From: Podarcis vaucheri
Lineage: Eukaryota
Length of the DNA stretch: 64,000 nucleotides
Reading direction: 5' to 3' (one strand)
Assembly (NCBI GenBank): GCA_965113315.1
Contig: OZ220365.1
A program made the position numbers and the translations under genes. Positions 39,979 through 50,927 of this stretch are shown here, piece by piece. The notes beneath the pieces were generated by a model. It was not told the origin of the DNA. It did not search any database and saw only the letters and a list, made by a program, of their open reading frames with translations. How positions within the stretch are numbered: position 1 is the stretch's first letter; every line of letters starts with the position of its first letter.

Positions 39979-41389
39979 GTGCTTTTCCACATTTACTTTT
40001 TCCACCATAAAACTATATATGAAGACAGTGGGGTTTCATGTCAGATGAAATTGTGTCCCAGTGATTAAAAGATTGTAAGATGAAATTAGGATAGAGAAAA
40101 ATGCAGAGCCTAAAATAAAGCTATTTGAAATGGCTGGTGTGTATGCAAGACGCTTGCATGAATTGGTTTTACCAGTGACTTGCATGTAGAAGTGCCAACT
40201 CCATGCAGGAAGTGGGAACGGACAGTTAGAATGTAAATACATATTGCACCATTGTGCTTTTTTAAAAGTGAGAAGTAAAATTATTTTGAATGAAAAAATG
40301 AAAGGCAAGCGCAAGCTAAAAGCTTATCTTGCCCATTCTAAATGTTTTGTAGACATAGATCTTCAAAAGAAATAGTACTATATATTGTTTTTCTGTTCCA
40401 TTTATATTTGAAATTATCTGGCAGCCATAGATAAATCTAGTCTTAAACTTTAATTTGAAACCAAAATTAAATCACAGCTGCTGTCATAGGATTAATTATT
40501 ATAGTAATGGTACTGTTACATTTTTCCTTTCACTTTTTTGTACTGTCCCTTGTGTGTATGTGTATGTGTGTCATCTCTTAGCTTTTAAGATCTACATACG
40601 TCAGTTTGCCCTGACTCTAGGTCATAACAAGTGGCACAGTACAATTTCCTTGAGGATCATAGGACAGTATGGGCTTCTAAAATGCTGTTCCTTACATGCT
40701 TATATGCTAAACACATTTCTCCATTTGAGATATTACATATGTACAGGCAAATTTCATATATCTTCAGAGGTGCCCAGCTAATCAAGGGTCTAAAACAAGG
40801 AAATGTATGTGAGTTCAGATATTATATCTGTGAAATAGGAACATCTGGCAGAACCTGTAGCAGCCCTTTCAAGGGTGTCAATATTCGCTGATACACATTA
40901 GGTTTGTTAGAAAAATCTGCAAGTACATGAACATAGCTGGCCAGTTAATGTTAGCCTTGTTTGGCACTTAATAACATTGTTTTACAAATATAATAATGAT
41001 GATGATGATAGTTACCAAAGTAGAATATTTATTTCAGAGTTTAACCTGTCCCAAGCTGAGAGAGTGCAAGTTTCAAATAGAGGTCTATCCTGTTCAGATA
41101 AATCAAGTGAAATAAAAACCCCTAAAGAATCCAGATTTACCAAATGCCAACTTTGGAGCTTTCATAAGTAGAACATTTTACAGCACTCTGGACTAAAAAT
41201 ATTGCATATTTTCAGTGTGCTTATTGCTGTGCACTTGATCTGTGCTAATTTAACAAATTGTGCTGTACATGTGTGAGCGTGCAATCAGTCCCTCTGTGCT
41301 GTTTGTGAAATGATAAAATCAGATGTTTGTGTTAAGAGATGTTGAAACTTGTATTTATGTTTGTCTTCTGGTTGCTTCTTGTTTCACAG

Positions 41390-41443
41390 AAATTTACACC
41401 CCAAACAGAAGAGCCTTCCATTGGAGCCAGCAGGACGATTAAG
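41390..41443 (+). CDS. EPB41L2: Candidate 54-nt cassette exon (KFTPQTEEPSIGASRTIK), phase 0-0
   Basis: Strong acceptor gcttcttgtttcacag; weak donor AAG/gttcta; frame-preserving. Confidence 0.45.
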
Positions 41444-41644
41444 GTTCTACTATTTTGCCATAGTCCATTGAGCTTTGACATTTCAGAATCTTCATTCTTC
41501 CTTCCTTCCTTTTTTCATTTAACCATTACAGTCATCTTTGTTCTTCATGTGACCTGAACCACCCATCACATAGTTTTATGTTCACTATTTTATTTATTCA
41601 TGTTTTCTACTTTTTGTTTTTCCTCATCCATTTGTTTTGTGCAG

Positions 41645-42193
41645 AGTTCGCATGAGACTCTGAACGTAGTGGAGAAGAAGCAGGCAGAGGTTGGGATAGA
41701 AGAGACAGTAGTCACTGCCGATACCAACAGAGGCAAAACACAACTTGTCTCTGGTGGTGGGCAAACTCAGAAGATGGAGCACCTATCAAAGAAGGATTCT
41801 TCATCACTGTCATCAAGTAGCAGCAGTAGTGAGAGTGAAGATGAAGTAGGAGAATATCAGCCACACCAACGGATGACTCAGGGTGCCATAAAAGAAGAAA
41901 TAGAAGAAAATGAAGTTATCATAGAGGAGGGAGAACACAATGCACAGGCAACAGTGTGTGCAGAAATTTCACAAGAAGCCAGTCCAGTTCAAGTAACAGT
42001 TACGCACATACCAGTGACAGAAACATTGGTCCAGGCGAATGAAGTATCCACCAAGACACCCGGAGAGGGACACCCGGCAAAACTGGATAAGCAAGCCCTG
42101 AAAGAAGAGAGGGTGGAAGAGCAGCTCAAAGTAAATGGAGAGGCATCGCATAGTGACATTGATGTTTCACAGCAAATAATTTGTTGCTCCGAG
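41645..42193 (+). CDS. EPB41L2: EPB41L2 large U3 exon (SSHETLNVVEKK...VSQQIICCSE), 549 nt
   Basis: tgtgcag acceptor, GAG/gtaaat donor; Ser tract and acidic region colinear with recalled human 4.1G. Confidence 0.95.
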
Positions 42194-42718
42194 GTAAATG
42201 GTAGAAGAGTAAGGGATCCTTTATCAGGCCCATCGTCCTAGGGTTCAATATCTCTGCCTTTCTTCTTCTCTGTCCTCTTCAGGTTTTCATAAAGATTCAG
42301 ATCTGGAAAGTGGAAAATGGATGTGCAGTCAAATTCTGCCTTTGGTTAAGGCTTCTGAATTTTTTACTAGTTTGGTTACCCAGAAGAGCGAACTTGCCTG
42401 GGATTATGCCATCTTTTTACTTTCTCATGTTCTGTTTGTTTTGCATGTGTTAATTTGTTTGAGTCTTGTCCTGTCTAGTTTGATTTTTATTATCCTTCAA
42501 TAAGTTTTAATTGGAATTGTGATGTTACCTTTCTTGGGCATGAGATGAAAACGCATTTTATGCATTTGATGTAATAGTCTTAAAACCCAAGTATTTTTTT
42601 AATTGAAAAACCCTACCTATTTTATGAAACCTCCTATCTAAATACTAAAATACAAATAGCCAGAATTTGTAGGAACGCACAGTTGATGCATTCTATAAAT
42701 CACCATGAGACACACGTA

Positions 42719-43431
42719 CAGTGGTGCCTCGCAAGACGAAATTAATTCGTTCCGCACGTTTTTTCTTCTTGCGAGTTTTTCTTCTTGCGAAGCACAGTTT
42801 CCCATCGGAATGCATTGAAAATCAATTAATGCGTTCCTATGGAAACCGCTTGCCAGGCTGGCGGTGCGGAGAAGGGCTTTTCTCCCCACCGCAAGCCTTC
42901 AGGACAGGTACGGGAACAGAGGGGAAGGGGCGCAGCGCTTCTCCTCTGTTCCCGGGGCTTGCGGTGGGAGGAGGGTTTTTCCTCCCCACCGCCAACATTC
43001 AGAACAGCATTCTGAATGTTGGCGGTGGGAAGGAAAACCCTCCTCCCACCGCAAGTCTTCAGGACAGCCATCCGAAGGCTGGCGCGGGGAGAAGGGCTTT
43101 CCGCCCCACCGCCAGCCTTCGGAGCAGCCTTCCAAAGGCTGGCGCGGGGAGAAGGGCTTTTCTCCCCACCGCCAGCCTTCGGAGGAGCCTTCCAAAGGTT
43201 GGCGCAGGGAGAAGGGCTTTCTGCCCCACCGCCAGCCTTCGGAGGAGGTCTGAGGACAGTGGGGAAGACGCGCTGCGCTTCCCCGCTGTCCCGGAGATTT
43301 CCCTATGGGCTTTCGTCTTGCGAAGGAAGCCCATAGGGAAATTCGTTTTGCGAAGCGCCTCCAAAACGGAAAACCCTTTCGTCTAGCGGGTTTTCCGTCT
43401 TGCGAGGCGTTCGTCTTGCGGGGCACCACTG
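42719..43431. mobile_element. Tc1/mariner (Tigger-like) non-autonomous element, 713 bp, with internal palindromes and 60-bp minisatellite
   Basis: TA|CAGTGGTGCCTCGCAAGACGAA ... TTCGTCTTGCGGGGCACCACTG|TA; GC/CpG-rich; explains the cluster of overlapping spurious ORFs. Confidence 0.9.
43076..43250 (+). repeat. About three tandem copies of a 60-bp self-complementary unit inside the MITE
   Basis: Consecutive 60-nt lines 43081/43141/43201 are near-identical (ggcgcggggagaagggctttt-ctccccaccgccagccttcggag). Confidence 0.9.
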
Positions 43432-44805
43432 TACCATATTTACTACTCTTAACCAAAGTCCTTTGCAGATACAGTTATTATTTTATGCTAGCCACTTGTA
43501 GTCCTCGAGAGGCATGAACTTACTCAGTAGATGCTAAATCAAATTTATTTTCTCTAAGAACATGCAGCATAATGAAGAGCCTGAGAGATGGTAAATGAAG
43601 CACAGGTTAAAGGTTCCAATCCAAGGGTGTGTGGGTGGGTGTGGGTGGTCCTGGCAAACAGCAACTTGGGAGCACAGCAACTGTGTTAATCAGCTGATAT
43701 TTCTGGAGGGAAAGACCAAACCCATTCCGCTTCCATCCATCCATCCCCCCCAAAGCTGATCTGTGCTGCTGCTGCTGTTGTCATTGTGTGTGTGTTTCAA
43801 AAAAAACAGAATGGTGCACATAGCAGCTGGACTGGAGGAGGATTCCCAGAGCCACTTGCATGTGCAATTCCTCATCCAGCTAGAGAAATGTGTGTGGAGC
43901 ACCATAGTTATACTGGAGTGGCTGAGGGCATTTCCACCCCCAAGGTTATTAAATATGGAAACAGAAGATTTATAATGATGGTCAGGGCCATCTAGGTCAA
44001 TCTTGTCCCCATTGGCAGGATTTGTCAAGTTTTAAACTGTCTCAAAATGCATTTATGCAATTTATTAAACATTGCCATATAAGGAGTTGTAGCAAGTTTG
44101 TGACACTCAGGAAGTAGTGTATGGAGTTGGTTTTGGGGTGACATCTATTGGCTCTATCTCATACCAACAAGATCATTGAAGATATATTGACAAGCTTAAT
44201 AAATAATGATTCAAACTGTTCGTAAGGGCTGTTTCAGAAGAATTTTATGATGTACTTGCTCAAACCATAAAGTTTGAAGTAGTTACATATCTTGTTAACA
44301 TGGTGTACAAGACAGAAACAGATAAATGCTGTGGCCATTTGTGGCTCACCTACAGTGAGTATATATTATGTGCATGAAGTTTAAAAAAGCCAGCTTTTAA
44401 ATCAGATGTAAGCTATGGGTTCAAACAATGGAAAGCTGTGATTGGCCATGGGCTCACCACTGTATAGATCGCTCGTATACCCTGATATTTTAAAAGCTTT
44501 AAATCTTACCAATCTGATTGTATGTTAATTTATTAACCATTTTTATATATGCTACTGATTTAAATTTATATTCCTATCTAGCATAGGAAATATACTATGG
44601 TGATTTTCAAGTGCTTTCTTATATTTAGTAGACAGAACACTTAACATTTCTTGTGTGTTCATGATTTTCAGACTTGGGTTTAGAATTTCTTCTAAGGAAT
44701 GTTTAAAAAGTGAATCTGGGATCTTGTTGCCTGAAGCCAGTTCATAGACTGCTGTATCCCATGTACTTCAAAATTCATACTCTTCTGTGTTTTTCTAAAC
44801 ACTAG

Positions 44806-44928
44806 CCTCCAGTGGTTAAAACTGAGATGGTGACCATTTCAGATGCTTCACAGAGAACTGAGATATCCACCAAGGAAGTACCAATTGTTCAGACAGAAAC
44901 TAAAACGATCACATATGAATCTCCCCAG
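44806..44928 (+). CDS. EPB41L2: EPB41L2 CTD exon (PPVVKTEMVTISDASQRTEISTKEVPIVQTETKTITYESPQ), 123 nt
   Basis: actag acceptor, CAG/gtacag donor. Confidence 0.96.
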
Positions 44929-45304
44929 GTACAGGTGTTGTATAATTTAGAATGCCTTTTTGGGATACAATATTGTAAGCTTGTTGGGAGAGGAAAAGTT
45001 GTCGTATCTCCTTGTGGAAATAATATCTATATACATACACTGCTTATACTAGGACAATGAACTAATGGACTTCTTTATCTGAGAACATCATTGAGATGCC
45101 ATCTTGACCTCACCTGCCTGAGAAGGGGTTAATAATGATTGAATCATGTTAAATGACATTTAGTACATTGTGTGTTCCAGAATTGTCTACTGCACTTGAC
45201 GTCTTCATTTCTAAAACAGGCAACTTTTGTTTAAAAGAAGGCTGCTAGTTTGGCTTCCCTGTTTTGTCAAAATTGACTATTGTTCTTTCTTCTTGATGGT
45301 GCAG

Positions 45305-45397
45305 TTTGATGGCAGTGGTGATGCTGGTGTGCTGTTGAGTGCACAGACGATCACTTCAGAATCTCTTTCTACAACCACAACCACACACATCACAAAG
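45305..45397 (+). CDS. EPB41L2: EPB41L2 CTD exon (FDGSGDAGVLLSAQTITSESLSTTTTTHITK), 93 nt
   Basis: gtgcag acceptor, AAG/gtaaaa donor, TTTTTHITK motif. Confidence 0.95.
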
Positions 45398-46122
45398 GTA
45401 AAAAGAAAAACAGTGAGGTTTGCTGTTCTCATCTGTTTTAACAAAACAGGACAGAAGTAGACTGCTCTTAATCAAAATCGGCTGTGAAATGTTATATTAT
45501 TCCAAGTTTCTGGGCACATTATATATGTACTAATGAAACATTCAGAATTCACGATTTTGTGACTCTCTTATTTTCTGGAACCTTGAACTTTCATTATATT
45601 TAACCTAGGATGATTTATTTTAAGTATGTTTAGAGCAGTTATGACTATCCTAAATGAAGGCATGGACACCGTTACCATTTAGTACCATCTGTTCAACCCT
45701 CTCCCCCCTTGTCTTTCGATGCTACTCTAGGTTGCAGTGCATAATGGATTTATGCTGCTGATTATTTTGTGCTGGTGGGGCTTTCATATATTCTTTTAGT
45801 ATTGTTGATCGTATTTGTATTTTACTGAGTTTAAATTGTGACCCACATTTGACTGAGTGGTACTGGAATTTCCAGATAGTGAAGAAGAACGTTGAGTTTT
45901 GTGCTGCAGGTGTGGTTTTCCTGTTACACATATGAATAATGAAAGTATAGAAATAAGTCTTAAGGCCTTAATGTGCTGTGTTTTTTTATCTTAAGAATTG
46001 TTACTAAACTGTAAACATTAGAAGAACTAGAAAAAGGTTTTCTGCCTTTCCTGTGTTCAGTTACAAGCTGCTACTTACATTGGAGGATTAAGTAAAACAT
46101 TTCTTGTTCTTGAAATCTTTAG

Positions 46123-46203
46123 ACAGTAAAAGGTGGTGTGTCAGAAACCAGAATTGAAAAGCGGATTGTTATCACTGGCGATGCGGACCTTGACCACGAC
46201 CAG
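46123..46203 (+). CDS. EPB41L2: EPB41L2 CTD exon ([27 protein letters not shown]), 81 nt
   Basis: tctttag acceptor, CAG/gtgaga donor, [14 protein letters not shown] motif. Confidence 0.97.
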
Positions 46204-48082
46204 GTGAGAGACAGAACACATCATAATCCACTTTCCAATATTTTGCCCCTCATGAGGCAGTTGAGGTTTTTCCCCTGTCAAAAATGTTCTATTATAAGAA
46301 CACGAACAATATTTTTAAAACTCGGCCACCTCATGATGCAAATCTCTAACCATCACTGAATTACTGTAATTATAATCTGCCGTTTTTACTATGTGGTGCT
46401 GCACTGATTCTTAATTGACGGTAGGTTCACAATTTAACAGAACAGGGATTTAATTTTCATTTCTTAATTGTAATGTACCAAGGACTCTGAGTAAATTTAA
46501 TTTCAGATTTTGATGTGCCTGTAGCAAGTGGCTTGTGACAAGTTCAATCTCTCCTTGAAGCCTGAAATTAAATGACAGAGCTGTTTAGCATTAGGCATGA
46601 GGGATGTCTGTCTCAGCACATGCTAAAACAAAAAAACAAAAAACATACAGCTGGGGAATCTGGAAAGGTCAGACAACAGAATTGCTTTAATAAAATTCAT
46701 ATCTCAGTATATTCCACTTAGGATAAATATTATAAAGCCTTAAAGTAAACTTTTTAGAGATAGATTGTATGCATCTGTTTGTAACACAAGATCTTGTTCA
46801 GCTTTGTAAATGTCTGAGTTTTAAATTTATGTAAAACATCTGCTCATATTCAGATGTAAATTCCAGCATTATTTCAGTAAAATTAGGATCTGTAGTAACC
46901 CTTTAAAATGGGAAATACACTTGATAAGAATAAAATATTTTTATTTTTCATATTTGAACCCCTGAATTATTCAATTTGAACAACCCTGATATGTGATTCT
47001 TCATTATATAATCTAAATGATGTTCAATACAGCTTAGAAATAAAGTATTTGTCAAAGCTGAAACCGTATCTAGGAACCTTGAAAGCATTATTTTTTAAAA
47101 CCAGTTTTTTTCTTGCCTATCCGATCTTGTTTTCAATTTTATTTCTCTGTATTCTGAAGAATAACTCTTCCATGCTCAAGTACTAAATAAAGTATAGGGA
47201 AAGCAAAATAGTGTATGTATATACTTAGCCATTTATTGTTAAGCCCTAACGGTTATATATTTAAAAACTGATCGCTATTTATTTTGGTTTATGTCTCGAG
47301 TTTCCAGTGTGCATCTGTCAAGGCAAAATCGCCACTCATTTTGTTTACCTCTGAACTGTGTTTTGAAAAGATCTTTAGGGAAAAGTTGCTAATTGCCCAG
47401 TGCTTACACTTTCCACATCCCACATCAACAAGGTGTGGAAGGAAGCTGACAGGTGCCTCCTGGCAGAACTATCCATTACCTTGCGAAACATATATTCCCA
47501 ATCCTACAATTGCTGTAGCAACTGTGGTAGTGGTGGGGGTGAGAATCAGTTGTCAAGGAGACTTGATGGGGAATCTGGTGCCCACTGATTGTTTTCTCCA
47601 TCCTTGGTCATTTTCGCTTGGTTTGGGTTTCTTTTCTGAGTCCAGCTGGTTTTCTGTGGGAAGGAGGGGATTTTAAAAGCCAGTTAGGGCATTTGAAAGC
47701 AGAATTGATGAATGAGGGAAACATTAAGGACCATCCTCTTTGCCCACTGATTTCCCTCAGCAAATTTCACCCTCTCCACCCTACATTAGTGTTGCTGTGG
47801 TCTTATGTACTCAGTCACCGGTGAATACATAAGCCACTGTTCTTGGCAATTAGGTTTGATACTGGTCAGTGTCTTGCAGCTGGTTTTATTACCTGAATTG
47901 GTATCTTCCAACATTGTGTGCAAGATATATGCCAAATACCAAAGGACCTGTGCCCACAAATGAGCCTCCTGTCACTGCATCAACACAAGGCTAAAATAAA
48001 AGCATGTGTAAAGTGTTGCACACACACACAAAAACCTAATTCCACGCTTACTCTGATTGCGACTGCACCAGTGGCAGCCCAC

Positions 48083-48745
48083 CAGGAAAGAGGTCTTGGC
48101 GTTGTGGTGGACAACTTGATGAAAATGTCAACCTAGTGTGTGGCAGCTGTGAAGAAAAGTCAGATTCCATGTTGAGGGGAATTAGGAAAGGGTTTGAAAA
48201 TAAAACATGATAGAGGGGGATAAAATTATGTATAGGGCAGAAAAGATGAATAGAGATAAGTTCCTGTCCCTTTCTCATAATACTAGAACTTGGGGTTATT
48301 TAATGAAGCTGAATGTTGGAAGATTTGGGATAAACAGAAGGAAGTGATACACACGACACATTGTTAAATTGTCACAGTTAGTACCACAGGATGTAGTAAT
48401 GGCCACCAACTTGGATGGCTTTGAAAGAGGGTTAGAGAAGACTTGTCAGTGGCTACTAGCCATGATGATTATGAACCTTCTCCAGGGTTGTATTCAGCTA
48501 AGTTTTGCTCATAACAGATCCATTGAAATTAATGAACCTAACGAAGTTAAGACATAGCTAAGTGAGATGGGTGTTGAATACCTCCTCTAGTATTGGAAGC
48601 AGTATTCCAGTTGTTGTGGTGGAGAACGTTGTTGCGCTAATGTCCTGCTTATGGGCTTCCCATAGACATCTGATTAGCTACTGTGAGAACAGGATACTGA
48701 AATAGATGGTCTTTTGGTCTGATCTAGACGGACTCCTCTTATATC
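48083..48745 (+). mobile_element. Degenerate CR1 LINE 3' portion (ORF2 end plus 3'UTR, internally deleted)
   Basis: ERGLGVVVD (ERDLGV-like) motif, gtgtgtggcagctgtgaagaaa, gtagtaatggccaccaacttggatggctttgaaag, then CR1-type 3'UTR ending near ggtctgatctag. Confidence 0.7.
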
Positions 48746-49185
48746 CCAATGCTTGTATGTCGTTGCAGCAATAAAACATTCCTGTCTAGATATTATATTG
48801 ATCCAAATAGCTCACTATGTGGATCAGTATAAAGATGTGGTGTGCTTTAAAAAGTTTTTCTGTTTCTTACCTTTTCTGGAGTTTTTATTATTAGTGCTTT
48901 CTTAATGTTTTGGTGAAAAACTGCTTTGTGAGGTTTGCCAGAAAAGGAGGATCTAAATGCTTTAGATAAATATGTAAGATACCAAAACATAGTTTACAGC
49001 TCATAACTTAAAATACCCAGTAGCCTCTCTAGGCTTTTTATTTGGCTGTCTCAGTAATGGAGGAGCAGCATTCTTCCTCTGTTCAGTTGTCACTTCTGAA
49101 CAAAATCAGTCCAGGAAGTGTAGTCATTACTGGCCAAACTACCTCATAATTTTTATTTAATGGGTCCTTTTTAATACTTACGTAG

Positions 49186-49290
49186 GCATTGGCACAAGCC
49201 ATTAAAGAAGCCAAAGAACAGCATCCTGACATGTCTGTAACAAGAGTTGTGGTGCATAAGGAAACAGATCTTCCGGAAGGAGGAGAATAA
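49186..49290 (+). CDS. EPB41L2: EPB41L2 last coding exon (ALAQAIKEAKEQHPDMSVTRVVVHKETDLPEGGE*); exon ends at 49291
   Basis: cgtag acceptor; TAA at 49288-49290 followed by G/gtaaga donor; QHPDMSVTRVVVH motif. Confidence 0.97.
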   Translation, partial: ALAQAIKEAKEQHPDMSVTRVVVHKETDLPEGGE

Positions 49291-49339
49291 GGTAAGAGCC
49301 TGAGACAAGACCTGATACAAAACTATTATCCTCCCAGGT

Positions 49340-50470
49340 TAATAATAATAATGAATTTTATTTATATCCCGCCCTCCCCGGCCAAGACTGGGCTCAGGGC
49401 GGCTAACATCAAATATATAATACATTAAAACTTAAGATCAAACAATCGGTTGAAATACAGCTTAAAATCAGATTACAATCTGAAAAAAATCAGATGGCAA
49501 CCCACAAATTAAAACTATAACTATGGGGTTGGGAACATTAAGTGTTCACCAGGCCCAGCTATTTGTGCTGATCATATGAGCCAGTGAGAAGGGTTAGAGG
49601 GGCCCTTTACATGCAAGTTCTTGTAAGAAAGGTCCCAGACTGGATCTGGGCGGTCCTGTAGGTACGAGGGTCCTAGGCCATATAGGGCTTTAAAGCTTAA
49701 AACTGGCACCTTAAACCTGGCCCTATAGTCCACCGGGAGCCAGTACAACTGGTGTAGCACTGGATGAATGTGATCCCATGGCGAGGACCCAGTAAGGAGC
49801 CTCGCCGTGGCATTCTGCACCCGCTGGAGTTTCTGGGCCAGCCTGCATAAAGTGAATTACAATAATTGAGCCTGGAGGTAATCATCACATGGCTCACAGT
49901 GGCAAGATCAGGGCAGGAAAGGTAAGGGACCTACTGCTTGGCATGGCAGAGATGGAAAAATGCCACTTTTGCTGTAACTGCGACCTGTGCCTCCATGGAG
50001 AGGGAGGCGTCGAAGGTTACGCCCAGACTCTTGACTGAAGGTACTGGTACTAATTGCGCCCCTGCAAGGGATGGGAGCTGGCGCTCAAACCCCATGTCGT
50101 CCCAACCAGAGGACCTCTGTCTTTGAAGGATTTAACTTCAACTGGCTCCCACGCAGCCATCCAGCCACCACATCCAAACATCTGGTCAGTGTGTCTGGGG
50201 CTGAGTCAGAATGGCCATCCATCAGCAGATAAAGTTGGGTGTCGTCAGCGTATTGATGACAGCCCAGCCCGAAGCTCTGAACAAGTTGGGCAAGCAGGCG
50301 CAGAGAGATATTAAAAAGCATCGGGGAGAGGATTGTACCCTGTGGCACTCCACAGACCCGAGGGGTTCCGCGACGACAATTCCTCACCTAGCGCCACCCT
50401 CTGTCCCCGACCTGAAAGGAAAGAGCACAGCCATTGTAAGACTGCCCTGGCTGCTGCTACCAAGCACCTG
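49340..50470 (-). mobile_element. L2-clade LINE, 5'-truncated, frameshifted reverse-transcriptase remnant in the last EPB41L2 intron
   Basis: Minus ORFs give GVPQGTILSPMLFNI, YADDTQLY, LNPSKTEVL, SRLNYCNSLYAG and QNATARLL...LYWLPV; (TTA)n/ATAAAT tail near 49340-49365. Confidence 0.88.
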
Positions 50471-50670
50471 GAACCCCTATTTGAATGTTCTTTACCACAA
50501 ATAAATGCATCTCTTGTGATTCTGTCTGGAATCAGATCTAGGGTATAATGTTTTGGACCTTCCAGTTTGGAGTTTTGTTCAGAAGAAGAGCACAAAGGGA
50601 AAGCAGAAAGGCATGGCTGAGACTGTGGGCCTTTTGAATGCTAATGGTGATGCATTAGGAGCTATTTGCA

Positions 50671-50673
<3 letters not shown>

Positions 50674-50712
<39 letters not shown>
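50674..50712 (+). repeat. (GA)n microsatellite
   Basis: Direct reading. Confidence 0.95.
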
Positions 50713-50716
<4 letters not shown>

Positions 50717-50927
50717 CTTAGCTACCTCCTTGAAAAATGAAGGAAAACTGCTCTTCTGAAGAGGGAGGTCTGATGCCACTTAAAATAAGAAAAATGTAGC
50801 ATGTGACTGACTTGAAAAAGGAACATTACTCGAAGAAAGCTGTAATATGGTTGAGAGTGTTTTTAATAGTATTCAAAATCTGTGACTAAATGTAAAGAAT
50901 GACATTAAACTGCTTGCCTTTCTTTAG

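Noticed and set aside
43076-43250. Palindromic repeats superficially like a CRISPR array
   Set aside because: Tandem units without unique spacers, inside a eukaryotic DNA transposon; no cas genes.
42638-43517. Cluster of overlapping ORFs up to 221 aa with repeated peptides
   Set aside because: By-product of the GC-rich palindromic minisatellite in a MITE; no transposase motifs.
49572-50387. RT-like ORFs as a possible domesticated or active reverse transcriptase
   Set aside because: Split across frames with internal deletions and 5' truncation; an ordinary dead L2 copy.
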